A DNA stretch of 64,000 bases from an uncultured Acidobacteriota bacterium (lineage in GTDB: Bacteria; Acidobacteriota; UBA6911): NCBI GenBank assembly GCA_963843575.1, contig CAWJKZ010000004.1, positions 88,465 to 152,464 of the forward strand. The letters are read 5' to 3'. The translations under genes were made by a program, and so were the position numbers. Positions 9,412-18,292 of the stretch are shown piece by piece. Positions within the stretch are counted from its first letter, which is position 1. Every line of letters starts with the position of its first letter. The notes below the pieces were generated by a model, which saw nothing but the letters and a program-made list of their open reading frames with translations, did no database searches and was not told the DNA's origin.

Positions 9412-10737
9412 TCAACGACCCGAGCTGGCGCGCAGGGAGCGCTCCACGTCCAGTGCCCACCCGACTGATTGTCCGCGTCGTTCGCGGGTTTCTGTGATGA
9501 GGTGCAGGTTACGGGCTGTGGTCTCGGGTTCCCAAACTTCCCGCACCGCGGCAAGAGCATTGGCCAGCGCATCGTCGGCGGTTGCCTGGTCGTTCGCCAG
9601 CACCGCCAGTTCCAGCCGCGTCGCGTGGTCCCAGTAATCCGGCTTGCCCGCAGCGATCCGGCGTTCGACCGCGTATGAAACGACGGGGATGATCCGCAGC
9701 CGTCGTTCATCGGGCGGATCGCGCAGTTCCATGAGCGTTACGGCGTTGATGCCGGGATAGGCGTCGCGCCAGTCGGCCTCGAATCCCTTCAGATAGGCGT
9801 CAATCGCCTTGTTCAACAATCCGCGTGCAAGGGCGTTTTCACCGGCCTTGGCTGCTTCCTCCCAACGGTCTTTGTAGACCCGCCCGAGGATGCCATAGGT
9901 TTCGCTGCTCGGTCCACGTTGACCGAGCAGGTCCAACAGCACCCGTTCTGCCTCGTCCCCGCGATTGGCCCGATTCAACGCCAATCCCAGTTGTTCGCGC
10001 ACCATGACCGTCGCCGCCAGCGGAGGAGTCATTTTCGGCACCAGCTCGATCATGTCGGACCACGCCTTCACAGCCCGATAGGACAGGAAGAGATCGATGA
10101 CAACACCGGCCTCGGCATCAGCGAGGTCGGTGATTTCCTCCTCGATCTCATGGAGGGCGTCGCGCCCCCGCTTCCTTGCCCCGGCCAGCTTTGCTCGAAG
10201 CTGCTCCGCATAGGTGACGCGTTCCCGAAAAACATCCGTCTTCAGCCGCTGAATGTCGGGGAATCCATCCAACAGCTGGTAGACGGGGCTGTCGATTGGG
10301 TAGTGCCGTGCCCCTTCCAGCCGTTTGACTATCCTGAATCGGTCGTCGTCGACATTCGCGGGCTTGCCATTCGCTCCCAGCCTGTAGGGAACCGCACGGA
10401 GCGGACCCACATCGAAAGGGAGTTGGCCCGAACCCTCGGCGAAGATCAGGACCGTGCTGGCCGGCCGAACGGCGTGTCGGAGCCCGAGCTCGTAGAACAC
10501 GTTCGCGTTCGCGGTGGTGAGATCCGCCACGGCATATTCGCAGAGGATGAGCCGCTCGAACATCGGCTTGTGGATCATCCCGCCGGCCTGCTCCTCGTCG
10601 GCACGCAGCGGTTCCAGCGAGGCTTCCCGGATCGCGGGAGCGATCAACTCGTTGAAGACGGCGTCGAACTGGATCGGCATCCCGCCACTACCCGGTTTAG
10701 TGCCAAACGGCATTAAAACGAAGCAGAGAGGCTTCAT
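9412..10737 (-). CDS. Deoxyribohydrolase/TIR-like domain + TPR-S (DUF4071/MAP3K TRAF-binding-like) protein
   Basis: MKPLCFVLMPFG...RADEE...ADLTTANANVFYELGLRHA...LPFDV (nucleoside deoxyribosyltransferase-like fold), then LFLSYRAVKAW, EQLGLALNR, SETYGILGRVYKD, YPGINAVTL, DYWDHAT, WEPETTARNL. Confidence 0.85.
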   Translation of the reverse strand: MKPLCFVLMPFGTKPGSGGMPIQFDAVFNELIAPAIREASLEPLRADEEQAGGMIHKPMFERLILCEYAVADLTTANANVFYELGLRHAVRPASTVLIFAEGSGQLPFDVGPLRAVPYRLGANGKPANVDDDRFRIVKRLEGARHYPIDSPVYQLLDGFPDIQRLKTDVFRERVTYAEQLRAKLAGARKRGRDALHEIEEEITDLADAEAGVVIDLFLSYRAVKAWSDMIELVPKMTPPLAATVMVREQLGLALNRANRGDEAERVLLDLLGQRGPSSETYGILGRVYKDRWEEAAKAGENALARGLLNKAIDAYLKGFEADWRDAYPGINAVTLMELRDPPDERRLRIIPVVSYAVERRIAAGKPDYWDHATRLELAVLANDQATADDALANALAAVREVWEPETTARNLHLITETRERRGQSVGWALDVERSLRASSGR

Positions 10738-10970
10738 GGTTTGGTTTCTCCCGCAAACTGAGCTTCGGCCCACCAGAGGTCGGGCCACAGTTCTTCGCAA
10801 GAAAGGAAATAGAGCTGCGTCGACAGGCGGCCTTTCATTGAGGCCCGGTTTCGTTCGTCCGGCCCGTGAGAGCCACCGCCGGTAAGATCAAGTCTGAACG
10901 TACTCTAGGTCCAGATTGGTGGTCACCGTCAAGCGAAATTAGCGTGTGGCGGGCACATTCCTGGGTGGTG

Positions 10971-11043
10971 CTGGTCACCGGCTAACACGGCGGAACGCGG
11001 ATTTCATCGAATCTCACGGATTCACGGATCCGAATCCGCGTCC
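10971..11043. repeat. Copy of the ACGCGGAT intergenic repeat family
   Basis: 10971-11000 matches the reverse complement of 18246-18275 at 25/30 nt; tandem CACGGAT units ending in ATCCGCGTCC. Confidence 0.7.
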
Positions 11044-11251
11044 TTATCATATTTCTGAACTTCCTCGAGCGTCGTTTTGAGCTATGATTCTCGTCATATA
11101 GCCGGGGAGAGTGACCCCGAATCGGGAAGCAGCGAATCCTGTCCCAGACGGTGGTTTACTTGTCCCCCCCTTTCCTCTCCGCTGGCGCCATGTTGCGGAT
11201 GGCCGGTCCAGGCCACCCGGTGTCGAGCTTTGCAGACGCGGGGCCCTCACG

Positions 11252-14200
11252 ATGCTGATCAAGAAGATATTCCTGGCCTCCTCCTCGGAGCTCAAGGAGG
11301 ACCGCACGCAGTTCGAGCTCCTCATCAATCGCAAGAACAAGGAGTGGGTCGGTAAGGGCGTTTTCCTGGAGCTTCTGGTCTGGGAAGACTTCCTCGACGC
11401 CGTCTCGAAAACCCGCCTGCAGGATGAATACAACAAGGCCATCCGGGACTGCGACCTTTTCGTGATGCTGTTCTTTACCAAGGTCGGGAAATACACCGAG
11501 GAGGAGTTCGAGGCTGCGTTTGGCCAGTTCAAGGCCACCAACAGGCCCTTCATCTTCACCTATTTCAAGGACGCGGAGGTCAGCCTTGGCAGTGCGAACA
11601 AAAAGGACATGCTCAGCCTGTTCGCCTTCCAGGAGAAGCTGGACGCCCTGGGACACTTCTACACTCGATACGAGAACATCGACGCGCTGAAGCTTCACTT
11701 CACCCAGCAGCTGGACAAGCTCGCCGCGAGCGGGTTTATCGAGTTCGGGGCTGACAAGGCGGGAGGCAAAGCGCCTGGCGCGCCCTACCAGGCACCTCCC
11801 CCCGCGGCCGACCATGTCGCACGACCCGCGGAACTGGCGGATCTCAAGCGGCATCTCCTCGGCAAGAATGGGGAACTGCTCCCGAGCACGATCGGGTTGC
11901 ACGGCTTCGGCGGGGCCGGCAAGACTACGCTGGCGCGTCTTCTTTGCGCCGATGCCGCGGTTCGGCAGGCATGTCGGGACGGCATTCTGTGGGTGCCGCT
12001 GGGAAAGAACCCTCCGGAGCCGCGTGCGCAGATGGCAGATCTCGTCTCGGCCTTAACCGGTGATTGCAGCGGGTGTACCACGCTTCCGGGTGCGCGGGCA
12101 CGATTGCAGGCCGCACTGTCTAATAAAAACATCCTCCTCGTCCTGGATGACGTCTGGGATGAGGCCCAGGTCCGTGACGTCGTCGAAGCCAGCACCGGCT
12201 GCGCCCGGCTCATCACCACCCGCAACACGTTCACGCTGCCTTTCGAAGCGATCCTGATCGACGTGGGAACGATGCAGGACGAGGAGGCGGGACGCCTGCT
12301 TGCAGCCGGACTGCCGCAAGGTCAGGACGCGCGGCTCTCGGATCTCGCTCGCAAACTCGGATGCTGGCCGGTGCTGCTGCGTCTGGCCAACCGCACCCTG
12401 CGCCAGCGCATTTTGGGCCAGCGGACGTCGCTCCCCAAGGCGCTGGATGCGGTCGAGAGCGACCTGGCGCGCAAGGGCATTCTCGCTTTCGATCCCACAC
12501 GCGACGCGGCCGAGCGGGACCAGGCGGTCGCGGCAACCGTCGAAGCGAGTCTGGAACTTCTGGACCCCGCAGAGCGCCGACGCTATCTCGAGTTGGCACT
12601 CTTTCCGCAGGACATCCCCATCCCGCTGCGACGTGTCGCGGAGCTTTGGGAGCTCTCGGGTGGGATCACTTTTGAACAGGCCGAAGACCTCGTAACCACG
12701 CGACTCGATCCCCTGTCGCTGGTCGAATATAACGGGGAGGCCGGTACGATTCAGCTGCACGACGTTCTGCGTCGGTACGTCTCGGCCAAGCTGCCGGACA
12801 AGGCAACTCTGCACCTGCGTCTGGTCGAGCGGTGGGGCGACCGTCCCGCGCATGACGACCTCTATGGGTGGCGCTGGATCGCATTTCACCGCGCGCAGGC
12901 CGCCCTGGCGAGCGATCAACCTGCGCGCCACGCCCTGACCGAGCGGTTGGTGGGGCTTGTGACGGATGAGCAGTGGCAGAAAGTGCACGAAGACACGCTC
13001 ACGGATCCTCCCGCCCTGAGGGATGCGCTCGCGGTCGCGCTCGAGGCGGCCATCGCAGACGACGTGCCGCTGGGAGTCCCGCTGGTGGTCCGGGTGGCGG
13101 ACGCCCTCGTCGGTTTCCAGCGCGATCATTCCCGCCCGGAACCCGTGTTCGACCTCGCGCGGCGGGGTGATCTTGGCGGTGCCCGTCGCCGCAGCGCGCT
13201 GTTCTCCATCGACGAGCACTGGCGCCAACTGCTGATGCTCGCCGCGGCGTGGCTCGCGCCGCTCGATTGCCGCGACAGCGCGCGCAAGCTGGTGGACGAG
13301 ATCCAGGCCGAGCTCGCACCGCACCAGGCCCTGCGCGACCTGTGCCGCTGGATTCGCGCCGATCTTTGGGGCGAGCCCGCGCCGGCTTTCCCCTTCCTGG
13401 TTCCCCCCGACAAAGCCGACGAGGCGCTGATCGAGGAGTTGCTCAAACGCGTCGGCGGAGGTCAATACAGCCGGGAGCTCATCGTAAGCCGGGGACTCGA
13501 TCCGAACGTCGCGGACCCGGACACGCCTCCGCCGGCGGAGGGGCTCTACCGCCAGCCGGTGCTGGGCGGAACCAGCGCCAACGAGAAGGAAGAGCGGACC
13601 ACCACGCGCTATCTTGCCGAGCTGGACGGTCCCTACCTGGTAGCCTACGCGGCGCGCGATCCGGCGAACGGAAGGGAGGCTCTCGAACGGTACCTCAGTG
13701 TCTACACGAACTACAGCTATCCCGAGTACCGATTCAGTACCCTGTGGCTGCTCCTGGGCTACATTGTCCAGCTGCCGCGGACCGACGGCGGCCAGTGGGT
13801 CCGGGAGTGCGTCCTGCGGATTCTCACCTCGGCCTTGAGTGGCGGAAGCGTCGAATTCGAGAAGGGGTTGCCCATTGCCGCTACCGCCCTGCGCGCCCGC
13901 GCCGGGGACCAGGGCGCGTGGAAAACGCTCACCGAACAGGCTCGTCGGCTGATGGACGAGGCCGCTCGACTGAAGCCGGGACGCGACCGCGGGGGCAGCG
14001 ACATCTGGGCACACCAGAAGCGGCTGATGCTCGCAACCGCTCAGGCGCTCGGGTGGCTGGTGGGCGAAAAAACTCTGGCGGGCCAAGTCCTGCACGACGC
14101 GTTCGGTCTGGCCGATTCGGGTTTTGCCGGGTACCAGGCGCCGGCCTGCCTCGCACTGGCGGAGGCCGTTCTGGTGTGCCGGCGAAACGACCCCGAAGGG

Positions 14201-14887
14201 GCGGGAGAGATCGAGCAGGCACTGGAGTGGGCACAGCGGGCCGCGCACAACGTGCAGGACCCGACCTTTTGCGCGCGAATGACGGCCCGCGTCAACGCGA
14301 TGCGGCGAGGCTGGTCGCAAGGCTTCGACCCGGTCGCGGGGGCGCGGCGCCTGGCAGAAGCCGCCCACGCACCGGAGTTCGCCGCGCTGCACCGCGTCGG
14401 CCATCAATACACCGGTCGCAGGCCGGATGCACTGCCCCTTCCACCGTGGGCATTCGATGACGGGACCTTCGACGGGTTGCAGCGGCTCTATCAGCGTCCG
14501 AAAGCTGATTTCCTGCGTCTCAACATCGGCGCGAACGAGCCGTTCAAGAAGGACAGCAAACTGATCGTGCGTGAGGTGGCGGTGCCCGATCCGGGCTTCG
14601 TGCCGCATCTGGCCGCGAGACTTGCGGCCGAGGTGCTCGCTCAGGCAATCGACGTGCCCCTGTCGGCCGAGCGTCTGCAATTGCTGCGCTTGCTCGTGCC
14701 CTATGCCATACCGAGCCCAACGGCGCTCGATGCCGTGCTGACGCGGCTGGTGCTTGCGCAGGGCCGCCGCGCGGCGCCCGCAGGTCCCGCCGAGGTGGAA
14801 GCACTCGATGCCGTCATCGCGCGGCGCACGGCGACCAAGTCCGACGCGCCGGCAAGCGAGCTTCTTGCCGGGCGCTTGCCCGCCTGA
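11252..14887 (+). CDS. NLR-like STAND ATPase: N-terminal DUF4062/TIR-like domain, NB-ARC, winged helix, uncharacterised helical C-terminus
   Basis: N-terminus KIFLASSSELKEDR...CDLFVMLFFTKVGKYTEEEF; Walker A GFGGAGKT; Walker B LLVLDDVWD; LITTR sensor; GCWPVLL (GxP); LHDVLR (MHD-like). Confidence 0.88.
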   Translation: MLIKKIFLASSSELKEDRTQFELLINRKNKEWVGKGVFLELLVWEDFLDAVSKTRLQDEYNKAIRDCDLFVMLFFTKVGKYTEEEFEAAFGQFKATNRPFIFTYFKDAEVSLGSANKKDMLSLFAFQEKLDALGHFYTRYENIDALKLHFTQQLDKLAASGFIEFGADKAGGKAPGAPYQAPPPAADHVARPAELADLKRHLLGKNGELLPSTIGLHGFGGAGKTTLARLLCADAAVRQACRDGILWVPLGKNPPEPRAQMADLVSALTGDCSGCTTLPGARARLQAALSNKNILLVLDDVWDEAQVRDVVEASTGCARLITTRNTFTLPFEAILIDVGTMQDEEAGRLLAAGLPQGQDARLSDLARKLGCWPVLLRLANRTLRQRILGQRTSLPKALDAVESDLARKGILAFDPTRDAAERDQAVAATVEASLELLDPAERRRYLELALFPQDIPIPLRRVAELWELSGGITFEQAEDLVTTRLDPLSLVEYNGEAGTIQLHDVLRRYVSAKLPDKATLHLRLVERWGDRPAHDDLYGWRWIAFHRAQAALASDQPARHALTERLVGLVTDEQWQKVHEDTLTDPPALRDALAVALEAAIADDVPLGVPLVVRVADALVGFQRDHSRPEPVFDLARRGDLGGARRRSALFSIDEHWRQLLMLAAAWLAPLDCRDSARKLVDEIQAELAPHQALRDLCRWIRADLWGEPAPAFPFLVPPDKADEALIEELLKRVGGGQYSRELIVSRGLDPNVADPDTPPPAEGLYRQPVLGGTSANEKEERTTTRYLAELDGPYLVAYAARDPANGREALERYLSVYTNYSYPEYRFSTLWLLLGYIVQLPRTDGGQWVRECVLRILTSALSGGSVEFEKGLPIAATALRARAGDQGAWKTLTEQARRLMDEAARLKPGRDRGGSDIWAHQKRLMLATAQALGWLVGEKTLAGQVLHDAFGLADSGFAGYQAPACLALAEAVLVCRRNDPEGAGEIEQALEWAQRAAHNVQDPTFCARMTARVNAMRRGWSQGFDPVAGARRLAEAAHAPEFAALHRVGHQYTGRRPDALPLPPWAFDDGTFDGLQRLYQRPKADFLRLNIGANEPFKKDSKLIVREVAVPDPGFVPHLAARLAAEVLAQAIDVPLSAERLQLLRLLVPYAIPSPTALDAVLTRLVLAQGRRAAPAGPAEVEALDAVIARRTATKSDAPASELLAGRLPA

Positions 14888-14930
14888 TGCCTCTGCATTT
14901 GGGGACGCGGATCGTCTTTTCGGCAGAATG

Positions 14931-15009
14931 ACTTCGAGGTTCTTTGAGGTCTTGGAGGTAAGTTCCTTAGCCCACCTCCAAGACTCCAAGACCTCAAAGA
15001 ATCTCCAAG
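14931..15009. repeat. Hairpin built from short periodic units
   Basis: Perfect 18-bp inverted repeat TTCTTTGAGGTCTTGGAG (14940-14957) / CTCCAAGACCTCAAAGAA (14984-15001); units CTTCGAGGT, CTTTGAGGT, CTTGGAGGT. Confidence 0.8.
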
Positions 15010-15117
15010 TGCGTTTGCGGCTCTGCCGCGCCGTGTTGTTCTGCGGTCGTTACCGTTTGCCGCGGGTACTTTTATGTGCAATGAGCATGAAAAACAGCAG
15101 GCCGGGTGTCCCAACCC

Positions 15118-16674
15118 ATGAGTGACATCTTTCTGAGCTATGCTTCCGCGGACCGTGACAGGGTTCGCCCTCTGGTCGCCTGGCTCCAAGGCAGAGGCTG
15201 GTCGGTGTGGTGGGACCGCACTATCGTTCCAGGCCAGACATGGGATGAGGTTCTTGCCGTGGCGCTGGCAGACTCCCGTTGCGTACTCGCGGTCTGGAGC
15301 CGGGCTTCTGTTAATTCCGACTGGGTGCGCATCGAAGCCTCCGACGGCAAGGAGCGGGAAATCCTGGTGCCCATCCTCATCGACGACATCGCCCTCCCGC
15401 TTGCCTTCCGACTTGTCCAGGCAGCCTCGCTGGTCGGCTGGAACGGCGAAGAGAATCACCCTGCCCTGACCCAGGTCGCTCTCGGCATCAGCGCGATCCT
15501 GAACGACACGCGTCCAAAGGAGAGCGCCCTGATTCGACCTGCGCCAGCCGCTCACATCGAACCGCGTGTTCTGGACGCCGCCATCTGCCGCCACCTTCCA
15601 GTCCATGAGCCGGCCGACTTGATCGCCATGGTTCGCCGCGAGGCCTCGGGGGGGCTTCGAGCAATCCTCGAATTCGATGAGGAATATGCCATGTCGCCTT
15701 CCGACGTGGCCTCCAAGCCCTTCGAGCTCGAATTCCCGCTCGATCCGGCGGGCAAGCCGTTGGGCGCAGAGCTCCTGCTCCGCATCAAGGCCCCGGATTT
15801 CGAGCCTCCGTCCCAGGAGAAGAAACTTCGGGTTCCGCCGGGCCGCGACTCCGTCGTGTGCGCCTTCCTTCTGACCCCACAGGTTCAGGGGAACCTGCTC
15901 GTTCAGCTGGAGGTCCTCCAGGGCGAATCGTCTGTAGCCTCGCGCCTGCTTCGCCCAACCGGGATTCCTTCGGACCGTCCCGTCGCCCGGCGCGCCGGGA
16001 TGGTCGTGTCGATGCCATTGCCGGTCTCCGTCCACGATCTGGACCGCACGGCCGTGCCCTACGGACCTCCGCCGGCCGGCAGCCGTCCCATCGAGAGGGA
16101 GAAACCCGTGGGAAGCGCGCCGGAACAGCGCCGTCCCGCTGCGCCGGCACCTCGTCACCCGGAATCAGGGGAATCTGATGATACGGTTTCGTTCCCGAGG
16201 CGTCGTCCCCGCTCACATTCTTACATGAGACTGGGCACCATTGCCGCCGCACTGTTCGTTTGTGTGACGGCCACTTACCTGTTCTATCTGCCGAGGGCAG
16301 CCCCGCCTGGGATGGTGCGGCCGACTCCGCCCGACGCCGCGCCAGTTATTCCGCCCGTGACGACTCCGCCGTCCACGCCGGCGAAGCCAATGCGCGTCGA
16401 AGCAGACGTGCAGGCATCCAAGCTGGTCAGGAGAGTCGCCCCGGCCTATCCCGAGGCGGCGAGGCGGAGTCGCGCGCACGGCGAGGTTGTGCTGTCGATA
16501 CACGTGGACCAGGCGGGAAACGTCTCCGAAGTGAGTGTGCTGAGCGGGCACCCGCTGCTGCGTGATGCCGCAGTCGAGGCAGTGCGTCGATGGAAGTACT
16601 CACCAACTCTGTTGAAGGGAGAGCCGGTTCCTGTTACAACCACAGTAACGGTGACACTCGAACCTCACGACTGA
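15118..16674 (+). CDS. TIR domain - unknown beta-rich domain - TM helix - TonB C-terminal domain fusion
   Basis: TIR motifs DIFLSYAS, VWWDR, VWSRASVNSDWVRIEA; TM LGTIAAALFVCVTATYLFYL; Pro-rich linker; TonB_C PAYPEAARR...GEVVLSIHVDQAGNV...SGHPLLRDAAVEAVRRWKYSP. Confidence 0.85.
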   Translation: MSDIFLSYASADRDRVRPLVAWLQGRGWSVWWDRTIVPGQTWDEVLAVALADSRCVLAVWSRASVNSDWVRIEASDGKEREILVPILIDDIALPLAFRLVQAASLVGWNGEENHPALTQVALGISAILNDTRPKESALIRPAPAAHIEPRVLDAAICRHLPVHEPADLIAMVRREASGGLRAILEFDEEYAMSPSDVASKPFELEFPLDPAGKPLGAELLLRIKAPDFEPPSQEKKLRVPPGRDSVVCAFLLTPQVQGNLLVQLEVLQGESSVASRLLRPTGIPSDRPVARRAGMVVSMPLPVSVHDLDRTAVPYGPPPAGSRPIEREKPVGSAPEQRRPAAPAPRHPESGESDDTVSFPRRRPRSHSYMRLGTIAAALFVCVTATYLFYLPRAAPPGMVRPTPPDAAPVIPPVTTPPSTPAKPMRVEADVQASKLVRRVAPAYPEAARRSRAHGEVVLSIHVDQAGNVSEVSVLSGHPLLRDAAVEAVRRWKYSPTLLKGEPVPVTTTVTVTLEPHD

Positions 16675-16735
16675 ATGTCAGCGGCTCGGGGCTCCGCAAT
16701 ACCTCGGCTCTGCCAGACTTTTCCAGGACAAGACT

Positions 16736-18175
16736 ATGGCGTTTCACATCCGCTGTTCCGCCCTTTTGTTTCTGCTTTGTGCTTTCCCGCTTTTTGCCCA
16801 GGACGCAGCGGTCTCATGTGCTCCCGCAGTTGTCGGGAACCGTGACGGCAACTACATCCTGCCGGGATCGCTGGGCGACGTAGCCTACGCCGAAGGCGTG
16901 ACCCTGGACGCTTACGCCCCGGCGGGTGGACCGCGCCCTGCGGCATTGGTGATCCACGGCAGCCGGGGAAACAAGCGAGGCTTCGTCACGCGCCTGTACG
17001 AGCATCTGGACAAGGCAGGGTATGCCTGGTTTGCGCCAAACTTCCGCAACGAGGCAGATGTGGCATCGGCTCTGCGTTATGTCAGCTGCCCGGGAAGGTT
17101 CAACATCAGTAAACGGATTATTCTGGTGGGCGAAGACACGGGAGCGCTGACGGCGCTCAAGCTCGCTTCCGACGGGGGAGTTGCAGGTGTGGTGACCGTG
17201 GGGGCCAGGCTTGACGATGACTCGGCGCGGCCTGAGGTGCCGGTGCTGATGATCCAGGGCTCGGAAGACAAGGAGTGGTCGTTGGCGCAGGCGGAGGGGT
17301 ACTGCGGGCGGCTCAAAAACTGTAGGTTGTACGTGCAGAAAGGAGCGCAGCACACGTTTGAGAACTGGCTGCCGGCCCAGTGGGATTACCGCGAGGAACT
17401 GGACGGATGGCTGCGAAACGACCGGCGGGGACTGTGGAAGGACATCGTTTTCGCTCGGCCGGGCGGCCTGGAGCTGCGCATGGACGCATGGCTTCCGGAA
17501 GGTCCGGGACCGTTTCCGGCCGTTATCATCGCCCACGGTGGCGGTTGGGAAGGCGGCGACAAGGTGACCTACGTCGCTCCCCTGTTCGAGCCTTTGGCCA
17601 AGGCGGGCATTGCCTGGTTCTCGATCGACTACCGATTGGCGCCGTACGTACGCAATCACGAGCAGATTGAAGATGTGCGGACGGCCATCCGGTTTGTGAA
17701 GCAGAATGCCTCGCGGTACCACGTCGATTCGAACCGGCTCGCGTTGATGGGCGAGTCGGCTAGCGGCCAGATAGTCACGCTCCTGGCTTCGGTGCCGTGT
17801 CCCGGTTGTGAAGTCCAGGCAGTCCTGTGCTTCTACGGCGTTTATGATTTCTTGTCGTGGGCCAAAGAGGGCCGGGGCGCCCGGCTTGAGTCGATGTTCG
17901 GAACTCTGGACGAGAACGTGCTGCGCCAGTACTCGCCGCTGTTTCAGGCTCACGCCAAGATGCCGCCGGTGCTGATCCTGCAGGGAGCAGGAGACCGGCT
18001 GATAGGCGGCTCGAAATTGTATGCGGCGCGGCTCAAAGAGTTAGGGGTCCGCCACGACCTCGTGATCCTCGAAGGCGCGCCCCACGGGATCGAAAACTGG
18101 GAAGATCACCCCGAATGGGCCTTCTGGAAAAAGCGCGTCACCGATTGGCTCCAAGACGTCTGGGGACAACGCTGA
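16736..18175 (+). CDS. Secreted tandem alpha/beta hydrolase (esterase/lipase-like)
   Basis: Signal peptide; two hydrolase domains. The second has HGGGW, DYRLAP, GESASG and a His in GAPHG; the first has GEDTG in place of GxSxG. Confidence 0.85.
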   Translation: MAFHIRCSALLFLLCAFPLFAQDAAVSCAPAVVGNRDGNYILPGSLGDVAYAEGVTLDAYAPAGGPRPAALVIHGSRGNKRGFVTRLYEHLDKAGYAWFAPNFRNEADVASALRYVSCPGRFNISKRIILVGEDTGALTALKLASDGGVAGVVTVGARLDDDSARPEVPVLMIQGSEDKEWSLAQAEGYCGRLKNCRLYVQKGAQHTFENWLPAQWDYREELDGWLRNDRRGLWKDIVFARPGGLELRMDAWLPEGPGPFPAVIIAHGGGWEGGDKVTYVAPLFEPLAKAGIAWFSIDYRLAPYVRNHEQIEDVRTAIRFVKQNASRYHVDSNRLALMGESASGQIVTLLASVPCPGCEVQAVLCFYGVYDFLSWAKEGRGARLESMFGTLDENVLRQYSPLFQAHAKMPPVLILQGAGDRLIGGSKLYAARLKELGVRHDLVILEGAPHGIENWEDHPEWAFWKKRVTDWLQDVWGQR

Positions 18176-18198
18176 TGTGGCGCAGCCGCGCGTTTACA

Positions 18199-18275
18199 GG
18201 ACGCGGATTTTCGCTGATTCACGCGGATGTTGACTTGGTGACAGGCCGCGTTCTGCTGTGTTAACCGGTGGTCAG
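18199..18275. repeat. Copy of the ACGCGGAT intergenic repeat family
   Basis: GGACGCGGATTTTCGCTGATTCACGCGGAT; 18235-18250 is the exact reverse complement of 6574-6589 (CGCGGCCTGTCACCAA). Confidence 0.75.
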
Positions 18276-18292
18276 CTCCGTGAAAACGGGTA

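Noticed and set aside
12053-14989. 978-aa ORF on the minus strand
   Set aside because: Antisense shadow of the NB-ARC gene in high-GC DNA, with no recognisable motifs. The same applies to most long overlapping ORFs in the track (e.g. 1620-2960, 14701-16158, 40233-41375).
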